Below are positions 1-36,845 of a stretch of 64,000 nt of DNA, piece by piece. The position numbers and the translations under genes are program-made. This stretch comes from Hormiphora californensis (lineage: Eukaryota > Animalia > Ctenophora), in the NCBI GenBank assembly GCA_020137815.1, contig CM035356.1:1550001-1614000 (forward strand), read 5' to 3'. Numbering within the stretch: position 1 is the stretch's first letter; each line of letters begins with the position of its first letter. Below the pieces are notes generated by a model, which saw nothing but the letters and a program-made list of their open reading frames with translations, made no database searches and was not told the DNA's origin.

Positions 1-1827
1 CAATACTGAAAAAGCGGAACTCCTGCAAAAACAGTACTGCAGTGCCTTCAGTGATCCAGACGGGGGAGACTTGCTGAAAAGTCTCTCTTGGGTAGAGGAT
101 AGCAATACGATTTTAGAGGATTTCATTTTTACCTCAGAGGACATCAAAGGAGCTCTCTCTGAGCTTGATCCTGCTTCTGCCGGACCAGATGGTGACATCC
201 CTGCTAAAATTCTCAGTGCTTGTAAAACCACTCTCGCTGTACCACTCTTTCTTCTTTGGGAGCGGTCCTTCGAAGAAGGAATAACACCCCCTAACCTGAA
301 AAAACAATACATCACACCAATCTTCAAGCGTGGTGATAAAACTCTGGCTGTTAACTACCGCCCTGTTTCGCTGACTTCTAACTTGCTAAAAACGTTTGAG
401 CGAGTTGTACGAAATAAGTTAGTGGAACACCTGGAAAGTAACAATCTCCTACCAGACAGCCAACATGGATTTAGGAAGCAACGGAGCTGTCTCACACAAC
501 TACTCGATCACATGGATGGAATTTTTCGAGAGTTAAACAGTGGAAATGAAGTCGATGTTATCTATTTGGACTATTCCAAAGCCTTCGACCGTGTCAACCA
601 CACCATTCTCATTGCCAAGCTGGAAAAGCTAGGTATTAGAGGGAAAGTACTAAAGTGGATAAAAGACTTCCTTACTGGCCGGTATCAAACAGTAACCGTC
701 GACGGAGAAAAATCGAACTTTGAGCTTGTCAAAAGTGGGGTACCTCAAGGAACCGTACTTGGACCAATCCTCTTTATCATCTACGTAGCTGATCTCCAGA
801 GCCAAGTGATCCACAGCAAAATCAGAACCTTTGCGGATGACACCAAGCTCCAGAAGAGCGTCGACTCGGAAGAATCAGGAGCAGAAATGCAAGAGGATCT
901 TCAGCGTGTGGTGGAGTGGTCTGCAGCCAATTGTATGACACTCCATGAGGACAAGTTCGAGGTCATCCACTACACTCTGAACAGAACGTCCCTTCTCAGA
1001 GAACTCCCTTTCACTCATGAGTTAAGCTTATATGTGACTCCAGGTGATAACGAAATACAGCCAAAGGATACAGTGAAAGACCTTGGCATCACCCTCTCAA
1101 ACAATGGCTCCTGGACAGACCATGTAATGAGGATTTCATCAGAAGCACGACGGATGGCCGCCTGGGCACTGAGAGCTTTTAAAGATAGGTCAGTGACCAC
1201 TATGCTGACACTCTACAAGTCACTAATAAGGTGCAAAGTAGAATACTGCTCACCTCTGTGGTCGCCCTACAAGATTGGTGACATTCAGGCTCTGGAAAGC
1301 ATCCAGAGACAGTTTACACGACGGATCGAAGACATGGCACAACTTGACTATTGGGAGCGGCTGAAAAAGCTAAGACTTATGTCATTACAACGTCGGCGGG
1401 AGCGATATTCGATAATACAAATGTGGAAAATCTACAATGGTGCAGCACCTAATAGCACGAATACCCGGTTTTACCATCATCAACGGCTCGGCGTCCGAGC
1501 CGAAGTACCTACTCTTTACAGTGGAGCACAGAAGTCATTCTCAACAAAATACTTCCATTCATTTGCTGTAAGGGCCGCTCGGCTATGGAACACATTGCCG
1601 AAAGAGGTTAACACAGCAGCGACCTTAGATACGTTCAAGATCCTGCTGGGCCGTTGGCTGGACCACTTCCCTGACAATCCACCTGTGAAGGGTTATTCTA
1701 CCCGGAACAACAATTCTATCATGGACTGGGTTTTGGAGGTTCGAGCTAAAGGGGGATGCTGAAAAGACTGACACCGTTTACGATTCTGTAATGAAGTTTA
1801 TTTATCAAGTTTATCAAGTTTATCAAG
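1..1827 (+). mobile_element. CR1/L2-clade non-LTR retrotransposon (LINE), 3' part: RT ORF 71-1762, very short 3' UTR, (TTTATCAAG)3 tail
   Basis: RT motifs NYRPVSLTS, QHGFR, YLDYSKAFD, GVPQGTVLGP and FADDTK, plus CR1-like C-terminal RRRERY and WNTLP. Tandem tail at 1801-1827. The frame is open from the window start. Confidence 0.93.
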
Positions 1828-1899
1828 AAAATATTCGAAAAGTCACTTTTCAAAATTCAAAAGTGAGTTCAACAAATAAAAAAACTAAAAAGTTTGTCA

Positions 1900-2124
1900 C
1901 AGGGATCCCTAATAAAGTTGTGACTTGTCACTGTAGTCTTGCGGAGGCGCGGTTGTGACTTGTCACCGCGTGTGCGCGTACCAAAACGCACGTGGTTCCC
2001 ACTGCGCGTAGCTGCGGCGCGGCGCAAACCATGCGGTGACAAGTTACAATCGCGCATTTTGAAGCCGCGCCGCCACGGGAACCACATGTTTGGTGATAAG
2101 TCACAACTTTATTAGGGATCCCTA
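1900..2124. mobile_element. MITE-like element with ~31-bp terminal inverted repeats, upstream of GOT2
   Basis: AGGGATCCCTAATAAAGTTGTGACTTGTCAC at 1901-1931 vs its reverse complement (1 mismatch) at 2093-2123. GC/CpG-rich interior. No TSD found. Confidence 0.75.
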
Positions 2125-2311
2125 CTGCACCTGGCCTCAGCGAAACCTAAAATTTGTGCGCGCCACTTGCATGCAGCGTACAAAATAGCGAACGCCGCGC
2201 GAGCGGCCCGGCCAAGTGAAAAAAAGAAAGAAAAAAGTTCACAAACAAAAATCTGATTTTGTGGAAAATTCCTTGTCTCTCCTCGAAATTCAACACCCTC
2301 TCTGTTTAGCC

Positions 2312-3956
2312 ATGTTGCTCCGTGCCCTCAAGACTACCTCGGCTCTTGCCAGCCGCTCTTTTTGGTCTCATGTACCAATGGGACCCCCAGATCCGATTAT
2401 CGGAGTAACTGAGGCTTTCAACCGTGACACAAACCCCAACAAGATGAACGTTGGAGTCGGTGCTTATCGGGATGATTCAGGTAGGTACTGGCAGTTCACT
2501 CTGTAGTCCATATTTTATCCGTGTTTCTTTCCAGGTAAACCCTACGTTTTGCCGTGCGTGCGTTCTGCCGAGGAACTCCTGGTATCTCAAAACCTCAATC
2601 ATGAATATCTCCCGACCCATGGATGTCCTAACCTGAGACAAGCCGCTAAAGTGCTCGCTTTCGGTGCTGATAGTGTCGCAGTAACAGAGAACTTGGTTGC
2701 CTCCACTCAGACCATTAGTGGAACAGGTGCCTTGAGGATTGGAGGAGAGTTCATCAAGAAATTCCATAGCTCCAAGGCCATCTACCTTCCAACACCTAGC
2801 TGGGGAAACCACACTCCCATCTTCAGGTATCTGTTGAAATACAGAATCTTGATCCTGTCGAGCGCTTTACCAGCAATCCCTTTACAAGCAAAGATATCTG
2901 TTGAAATATATATATCACAGTTTAGCACATGTGTGATGTTCCAATTCCTAACCTCCATCCTAAATCATTCTTTTCAGAGACAGTGGTCTAGAAGTCAAGT
3001 CCTACACATACTACAAGAAGGATACCAAAGGACTAGATTTCGAGGGAATGTTGTCTGATATATCTCAGATTGAAGAGGGAGCTACCATTCTGCTGCATGC
3101 CTGTGCCCACAACCCTACCGGAGTAGATCCCACTCCAGAACAGTGGAACGAGATCTCACAGGTTGGAGTTAAATGGGCCACTGGAAAACATATATCATTC
3201 TGTGCTTCTCAGATAGAATATAGCGTGCAAAAGGGTGGAAGGGAATTGTTCCTCAAATGATACCTTCCTCTTTTGTAAGAGTAATTGATGCTGTGCTTAC
3301 ATTCCCACCAACACCTTTCCATATAACAACCCCCCCTCTCTTTTCACCAGGTCGTTAAGAGCAGAAACCTATTGGTTTTCATTGACATGGCCTACCAAGG
3401 ATTCGCTAGCGGCGACCTAGAAAAAGATGCATATGCCGTGAGGAAATTCACTGAGGATGGACACAGGATTCTCCTTGCTCAGTCCTTTGCTAAAAACATG
3501 GGGGTGTACGGTGAGAGGTGTGGAGCCTTCTCCATCGTCGGTGAGAGTGAGAGTGAGAGTGAGGCAGCCGCACTGGAGAGCCAGATCAAGATTGTGGTGC
3601 GACCTATGTACTCCTCTCCCGCACTCCAAGCAGCCCGGCTAGTGAGCACTGTACTAAACGATCCCGCCCTGTACTCTCAATGGTTGGTCGATGTGAAGGG
3701 AATGGCAGACAGGATTATCTCAATGAGGACGGCCCTAAAGTCTGGATTGGAGAAGGAGGGAAGTGTACACAACTGGGATCATCTTGTTAACCAGATTGGC
3801 ATGTTCTGTTTTACTGGAATGTCGCCAGATCAGGTGGCAAGGTTGACTGGGGAGTTCAGTGTTTATCTGACCAAGGATGGGAGGATAAGTGTGGCCGGGG
3901 TGAGCAGTAGGAATGTAGATTACCTTGCACACGCCATGCATACTGTCACCAAATAG
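2312..3956 (+). CDS. GOT2: Mitochondrial aspartate aminotransferase, 4 exons (2312-2480, 2535-2826, 2978-3161, 3351-3956)
   Basis: Transit-peptide-like [16 protein letters not shown]; [37 protein letters not shown]-lysine motif [24 protein letters not shown] introns keep the frame. AATAAA at 4145. Confidence 0.96.
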
Positions 3957-4611
3957 ACAATCACTGACTGTGATACCAAGTCGGATGAATAACATTCTTC
4001 TAGGAGAGTTGTTTTGACTTGGTGCATGAAGCAAAGTATAGTGTGATATTTTAACGCATTGATTGTGTGTGTAAAGATGTGTTTAGAGAAAGTGTTTTTT
4101 CAGTATCCTTTATTTGGAATGTTAAAAATTGAAAAGTTTTTATTAATAAATTTGAAAAACTTAAACTCTCGTTTCTCTATTCCGAAACTACAATATTATT
4201 ATGCGAACAATACACTCCTTCCATTCCCTCCACAGGAACAACTCATTTCCCTTCCTATACTATCCACACAGGAACGTAACAATATGTAACAACAACAACA
4301 ACTCCGCGGACCTCCTCCTGATTTGCCCGGTGCCCCCTTCTCCTCATCCCCCGGATCAGTGCTGGAAGATTGTCTGTCTGTCACACCACGATAAAAACCC
4401 TCATGCTGGGGATTACAGGTATAATGGGATTAGAGGGAATCTCTCCATCACGTGATCTTCCTGCATTCTGATTGGTGGGTCATGTGATACTGCTGCTTCA
4501 TCATTGGCTGAGAGGAATGAAACCCGTTTTTCTTGTTTATTTAACTCGTCTTACTAGCTCACAATTTATACTTCTCCTTGTTATACCTGTTGCACGATCT
4601 TCAGCAGTATC

Positions 4612-28935
<24,324 letters not shown>

Positions 28936-30362
28936 GGAACAGTGAGGAACAACATGGCTGAGGAAAAGTGCTGATGAACAGCGTTGTTATGTTCTAAATG
29001 TGCTCAATTCATACAACAATGTGCTCAATTCATACAACAAGAATATAACACTTTTTGCGGGGAACTTTTTTTGTGTCTGATGAACGGCCGGTCAATTGCG
29101 CTATTGATATTATTGAACCGTGAAGCGTTTTCCTATACTGAAATATCTTTTTTAAATTCTTACCCTGTAGTTTTAACGAATTTATTTTCCCCGAGATATT
29201 AATTAATTAATTGCTAGGTTACACTAGTTTTTGTGATATTTTTGTACGTTTTACGAGAAGCCTTGCTCTTAGACTCCTAAAAGTACAGTGATATGACCCT
29301 TATAATTGTTAATGTTAATAACATTCTATATTATTATTATGTTATGTTGAATGTTCTAACCCTCCGGGGCGCGGAGAGAGAGGGTCGAGCAAGGCAACCC
29401 TTATTATGGACATCTGAGTGGAAATATTATTGACTACTGCAGCTGTCCGATACGAGACAGAAGGCCGGGTTACTTTTACAATTACATTGTTACTGTTTTA
29501 GTTTCTTACACCTTTCCAATTGATTGTTTTTTAAATTTAATTGTTATGTTCCGGAACCGGTGCAGTGGAGGAGGGATTTGGTGGCTATTGAAATATTGAA
29601 CCTTCCCCGCCTTTTGAATTTCTATAGCATGCTAGCATGCTACCGACCTCAGACATGGCCTCTCAACTCTGTTTCGCAAAGTCACCAACTCGCCTTGTTT
29701 TGGCCAAACTGAACAACAAAAAATGAGAGCTAAACTTGGCTTTTATTTCTTTGTTTTTGGCCCAAATTCATCAAGCCAAAGTTTTACGGGCTCAATGAAT
29801 CAAGTACTTTGGCATGATGTGACATTTATTGACGTCATATGACGTCATTTTATTATTGTGATTTGTCACGCGCAAATATGACGCCGCGCATTAAACAGAG
29901 GCAACATACCGCCGCGCACACTCAGCGAGTCGAGATCAGAGTCCGAGCTTTTTAAAATCACTTTTTCAAACTCTCATTTTGGAACCAACCTCGGAAAGTT
30001 CTTTCGCTCCGTTTTTCCGGTTGGCATGCGCTGCAGACCCCAAGTGCGCGCGTTTTCCACGGCTTCTGTAGCATAGGCCAATTTTTCCGGTTGTTTATTG
30101 TTAAGACATTATTTGAAAAGATTTGCATCGCCTCTCTACCAAGGGGCCTCCTCCAGTATTTTGATTTCACCTTTTAATGCTTTCTGTTTCCACGGACAAG
30201 CGGAAACTTGGGCAAATATTGTTGGAAATATCCTGACTATAGCACTCACTGAGAGCCTTTTTAGGCGTTTCTCTCAAGTCTCAACACAGAAATTCTTTTT
30301 GTCAGATTTTGCTAATTTGTTATCCCTTGGCCCTTGTCCTAATTCTTGCAAATCTTAGGTCA

Positions 30363-32410
30363 ATGGACCCGTACAAGAGTGCCGCAGTCACAGAGGCTGA
30401 CAATATGAACGCTGAAATGGTCGGGAAAATTGCTGACATTGTCGCCAAGGTTATATCTAAAAATAGTGAGGTACGAAAATCGATCGTTCTTTCTACGTAA
30501 ATACTAATTTGAGATCGTACCTTAACGGTGTTTTCCCCTGACAGGTATCTGCGATCTCAACTTCTACCTCAATCACGGATTCCATTCTGCCTCACCAGCT
30601 ACCGCGACAATGCTCTCTTCCAACGCTCACCCTCCCCTACATGCCCAGAACACCCCCTAAAGAGAGCTACACGTTAGAAGACTTCCAGTGCAAGCACTGT
30701 CACCGGCCATTCTTCTCGAAGCGTGAACTAACAAAACACATCGAAAGTGCTCATTTTTCTGAAGTTTACAAGCCCTCGTCCCAGTGGTGCACAGTGTGCC
30801 TGACAACATTTTCAAGCAGTAAAGAGCTCTCTCAGCACATGGCAACGTATCACGCGGACCAGGGAACACCAGACTCTACCACCTGCAGCTTTTGTCTGAT
30901 CCGGTTCCAGCAATCCAAGCAGCTCACCTCACACATTGCACAGTTCCACATTCCCCACTCAACATGTGGACTGTGCAGGAAGACATTCACAGAAACAAGG
31001 AAGCACTGGTTCCACATGCTCTCTGAGCACAAGATAAAACCAAGCAGGGTGGATTGTAATCTGTGTCCGGCGAGTTTTAGTGATCCTCACGAGTACGATT
31101 CCCATATCAAAACATCCCACATATACCCGTGCTTGTTGTGTGAGACGAATGTGGACAGTAGGGAGACTCTTCAGGAGCATATCGAGCAGACACACAAGCG
31201 GTATTATTGTAGTGATTGCGGTGAGATGTTTGAGATGTACGAATCGTTCGTTAGGCATTACATTACGAATGAGGGGTGCTCCCTCGACCCATATAAACTG
31301 ATCTGCGTCTACTGTTTCGGATCTTTCTCCAATCTGAAACTCCTCTTCCGGCATCTATGTCTCGATAGTTTTAATTGCATCTTCTGTTCAGCCACCTGTA
31401 TCAGCTGCAAAACCTTCCAGAACCACCTGGAGTGTAATCATGGGATGAGGCTGAAATACACCCAGTTAGGAGATGAACCGGTGGCTAGTGAGAACCCTGA
31501 ACAAAGCAAGATATCCAGTGAAAATAGGTTAATGCCTCACCTCATTTGTGGCGAGGAGCAGGGTGACTCCATGGTGTGTGAGAGCAATGGGAACACTGCA
31601 AACTACATAAATAACCTGATTCAAGTCAATGAGAATCTACTGAATTGTAGGCCGCCCATTCTCAGCAAGTTTAGCTCAAGTGGAAGTGGTGACAGTACCG
31701 CATCCCAAACGGCCATTATGAAAAACCTGTGCAGTAGTCAGGCTGATATTATCCGGTTGTTCCAGAGCATCCAGACGACGGGTAATGCATCCTCAGAGTC
31801 AATTAAGATGGAGCGGGGTGACATGGATTTTGATGACCAGGATCATGGGGGAGACCACCTGTCAAAAAGTCCTAAACTATCCCACCGACAAATAGCTAAA
31901 TCAGATAGCGTGGATAGTGCTATTGATGTAAAACCAGTTCGGTTCTCCACCCTCTCTCCGGGGAGCATATCTAAAAATGAGTCCTTCTCCTCGGTGGATG
32001 ACGACGAGGGAAAAGGAGCGGAGTTGTCTGACAATAACACAGATGAGGAGAGTGGAGGGGGAGGGGGAGGGGTAGCAGGGGAATCCAGACGTAACTCACT
32101 CCGCCTCAAATACTCCCAAATGTCGATAAGCCGTAAAACACGACGGTCCAGTAAGTCCCTAAACAGGATGCTCCAGAAGACGGGTAAAGTGGAGGAATTA
32201 TCTGAACCGGTGGCCCTTCAGAGTATTATCGGCAGTTCTCGATCAACGTATTCTTGCCAGAGGTGCAGCAAGACTTTTGTAAACCGGTCCCTTCTCTCGA
32301 GACACTGGGGTGCGGCGACAAAGTGTTATATTTGTTCAGTGTCAATGTGTGACTTGAAGGACCTTAATGAACACATGAAGTCTGCTCACTCCGAGTACAC
32401 CTCACAGTGA
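30363..32410 (+). CDS. Multi-C2H2 zinc-finger protein, 2 exons (30363-30470, 30545-32410)
   Basis: About 9 N-terminal and 2 C-terminal C-x2-C-x12-H-x3/5-H units, some degenerate. The phase-0 intron joins the MDPYKS exon in frame. Confidence 0.92.
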
Positions 32411-35078
32411 GTGTTGTTGTTGTTTGTTTTTCTTTGTTTTGTTGTTGATGGAACGTTTCACATTTACCTGTGTGTGAGGCAGGGAGCTCTGTACCCCACT
32501 GATCATGTTGTCATGTGTTTTTTGGGTGATTTTCATATAAACTGTTCATTTAAAAAGGCTTTTTTTCAAAATGAAATATCTTCATGGTCTCAGAAACATC
32601 CACCCCCGAATTGATTTGAGCTGCCACACCAGGTGTGATTGTGTTACATGTTATTTATTGTTCACCTTTTTCTCACTTTTTTCTTCCCAGAAGGAGTGTC
32701 AAAAGCGCCTGTAAAAAAGCACCAAGCGCCATGAACCGCTTTTGAACACTCCCTCTGGTTTCTTTATCTCTCTGATTTCAGAGATTGCGTGTGCGTGTGT
32801 GTCAAAAAATCGCCGATATATATATTTTGAAAAGAGAGTGTTTTACTGTGTATATCAATTGCTTTTTAGCTGTTTAACTTTTAAACAACAATATACGTTT
32901 TTTTAGAATTTTACACTCGTAACACTTTTCCACTTCACAGTTCACACCCTAATTTCCCCATTCTCTCCACACTGACAACACGTACAGCGGACAGCTTTAT
33001 GACGGACATTAGGACACAACAAGAGAGGGAGATGGGTGATGTGGAAGGGAGCTGGGTGGGGGCTTTCTGTGTGTTATGATGTCACACAGGGACAACCATA
33101 ACCATACTGTGTCCTCACTGTGTCATGATGACACTGTCATCAAAGGAAAACCACGCAATTTGTGTGTTTTCCCTCCTCCTAACTGTACACACACAAACCA
33201 TGTCATCAGTCATGGTTTTGTTATTGTGTCACCGCCAACCCTATGTCATCTTGTCTATATACCCTGTCTATACATACCAATTACATGTTCTGTGACCCAA
33301 TTTGTATAATAGAGAAAACACACATCTTCCTCTGCTGCAGATGACACATGTGGCCACACTTTGTGATATAATACACAGTCTGCATTGTAGTTGTGACAGC
33401 AGCAGCTGCAGAGAGTGTGTGACGTTATATGGCCACATTGTGCGATGATATATATGTGTTGCACAGTTTTGTGAAGTGTGTTACGTAATAAGATTGCACC
33501 ATCACATAGCACGTAGAGAGAGAGAGGGAGGGCCAAGAGAGCAACATTGTCTGTCTGTAGCGAGAGAGATAGAGAGAGAGGGGGGGTCAAGAGAGAATTA
33601 TTGTCTGTATGTGTGTTTGTAATGTGTTTGTGGGGTATGTATCACACCCCCGTCAACCACCGCAACGCGTCACTGCTTCTTCCGCAGTATTATGGGTGTG
33701 GACTGTGTCATGACATCTGGGTGTGTGGACTGTGTATGTGTCATGACAGTGCAGCTGGGTGTGTGTGGTTGAACGGAAAACAAATGCGTCAAAATAATTT
33801 CACCAGAATGTCATACAGCTGGTGTGTTCAGTGTGTGTTTGTATAGGCTGTCTGTTGAATGGACAAAGAGAGGTGAATTGTATCTTTTACATAAAGCTGC
33901 AGGAGACAGCGGTGAAGTTTGGCCTAGATCTAAGTACCTGAGGCAACCATCTACATACGTCATACGCAATTTACATTTTGGTATGAACAATAACTATGTG
34001 ATAAGAACATGGGTATATTGCCCGTATACTGTGAGTCATTGGGTATGTTGTGTTTGTGATAAAATACCAGGGCTGAACAAGGTTGTTATCTTTTCTGAAA
34101 CATGTCAAACTGGGACGTCACCGCATTTCTTTCTCCTCCTCCCTCTCTTTCATTCCCCATCTCTCTTAGATTTCTCTCTCCTTCTCCCTCTTCCTCTCCA
34201 CGTTTCTCACTCTCTGTTTCCCTCTCTCTCTCTCATTACATCCTTCCTCTTACTCATCCACTTAGTCATTCCATTCCTTCCTGCCAGAGACTCAGTCACA
34301 CATGCACTCACTGTATTTGTTCGTCCGTAATGCGTGTGCTTCTCACTCATTTGCGGAGACAGAGAGAGAGAGAGAGAGAGAGAGGAAGAGAGAGAGAAGT
34401 ATTGGGAGAGAGAAAGAGAAAGAGAAATTGGGAGAGAGAGAGAAATAGAAAGAGACATGGCCGCGACAGAGAGCACGGCCATACATTCGAAAGCGTGTGT
34501 ACTGACGTCATTTCGATTAGCAAGCTACCACGTGGTCCCTGTGCGCTTTCTCCCTTGCCTCTCTGACACACACACACACGCTGTCTCGTTCTCTCTTTCT
34601 GTTTCTCTTTCTCTCTGAAACATATATCTTTTTACTTTCTTCATTCATACAGCTATCGTCTCTCTGTAAATTCAGAACAGGTTTTATGAGTGACGCACAA
34701 CTTTCATATTTCTCTATTTTCTTCTCTCTTTCTACCAGCCCTCCCTCCCTTTCTATTATCTCTCCCTCTCCATTTCTACAATGTCTCTCTCCTTTTCTAC
34801 CATCTCTCCCTCTCTTTCTACCATCTCTTTCTCCTTTTCTACTATTAACTCCTTGACCGTCATTTCTTCACACCAATTCGCATATATTGCAACACAGATA
34901 TATCACTTGCAATACTTATCATGGTTCATTGGTTATGTGGTATTATACAGAGAGTTAATTTATGGTGGTTATATAGACCACTATAAACGAAGCAATCATT
35001 ATTTGATCCATAAATAGCTCTCCGCGTTCTGAGTTCTCTCTCTTTCTCCCTCTCTCTCTATCTCTCTCTCTCTCCCTC

Positions 35079-35144
<66 letters not shown>

Positions 35145-35188
35145 TTTCTCTCTTTCTCCCTCTCTCTCTATCACTCTCTCTCTATCTC

Positions 35189-35219
<31 letters not shown>

Positions 35220-35232
35220 CCCCCCCCCTCTC

Positions 35233-35268
<36 letters not shown>

Positions 35269-36032
35269 CCTGTCTCTGTCTCAAAGGACACGAAGGTGTA
35301 CAATCTGCGTCACTGAACACTGGCATTGACGTCAGTTGTTCTCACGTGACTTCCCCTCCTAATAACCCTCAAAGAAATATATGTTGGGCGACATACCGAC
35401 AGACACAACCTGATACAAAGATAGCTTATTATTGCACAGGATGATTAGAGGGACAAGAGAAAAATACTGGAATAAAAAGAAAGGATCTTTAGAGTTTCTA
35501 AAATGTTTGCTGTCATTACAAGGACCTCGCCCTGCTATATTTATATGTTTCTGAAAAGCGTACAATTTTCTGTGATTATACCTTAGAATGATCAGATGGT
35601 CTTTAAATAGTCAAGCTCTGCAAATAGTGATCTCCAAATCGTATGGTCCAGGGATATGATAGTTATCTGCAGCTATGAGCTAGCACAAGTCTTTCCAGAG
35701 CGCCCCGTGTCGCTAGAGATCAACACCAGTATGATAGACTTGGTAGATACCAGTAATAAACTGGGTAGAATAGATTTACCTAGGGTGCATTGGTTAGTTA
35801 TCTATAGTTGTTAATTATTATCGCTGTCAGGCCAATGCTCCGACAGAGTTATCGTCACTCCGACAGAGTTATCGTCATGTTCATAAAACGATGTATGTAA
35901 TTCAGTTTAGACTTTAGGTGGCTGCTTTGATGCAAGATCACTGAACAATAATCGTTAGAAAATATTGCCCTGTTAGCCACGTGAGAAGCCCCGTGTACAC
36001 GCACGTGTCAAACCACTCTCTCTCACTCTCTC

Positions 36033-36081
<49 letters not shown>

Positions 36082-36845
36082 ATCTCTCTCTCTTTGTGAC
36101 AATATTAATGTGTCACTCGGCTCACATGGGTAATTGACGCGGTTTACATGGCTTGCATAATGCATTCTTATAGTGATGACATGGTTACTTTCACCCCAGC
36201 AACCACTATTATGATTTTAGACTTTCGGGTTACCCATCCCACTGTACATGATGTGCATAATGTTGACATGATGTACATGATGTACATAATGTTGACACGT
36301 CATTTAATGTAGACGGCGGAGTTATTGAGTTAAACTTGGGCTAAGGGAATCAATTGCAATATATCGCATTGGCCATGTCTCTGTATCCATCTCATAGTAT
36401 TCATTCGGCACTGTGCAGTACAGTCATTTCTAGCACGTGTTAAAATTATCTAGGAGTAGGTACTTCTTTCCTTTCTCTCCCTCTCTTACCGTCGCTTTCT
36501 CTCTCTCTTACTCTCTCTCCCTCGCTTTCTCCCCCTCACTCACTCATTGATACTTCATTAAATCTCACTTTCCAACTCACTCATCGCATGCAGCAGGACT
36601 GTGTAAAATGTGCAGGACATGGGAAGACCTGAGTGTCACACAATCTGACATGACGACAACTCTGTGTACACATAGTTACTAGTACTACTGACTACATAAA
36701 TAGATCTGTCGTGCGTCATTTCTCTCACACTCAAAATCATATTTCACAACATATCCCGCCTCAAATCACAGTTTTCAATTAAAGACAAATCACATTTAAT
36801 TATGATTTAGACTCTGACATCCCTCTTTATCCCAGGTGTGATATC

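Noticed and set aside
33000-36800. Many short ORFs and TGACA/CACGTG/TGACGTCA motifs
   Set aside because: The ORFs are low-complexity or microsatellite-derived. Motif enrichment cannot be established without a background model.
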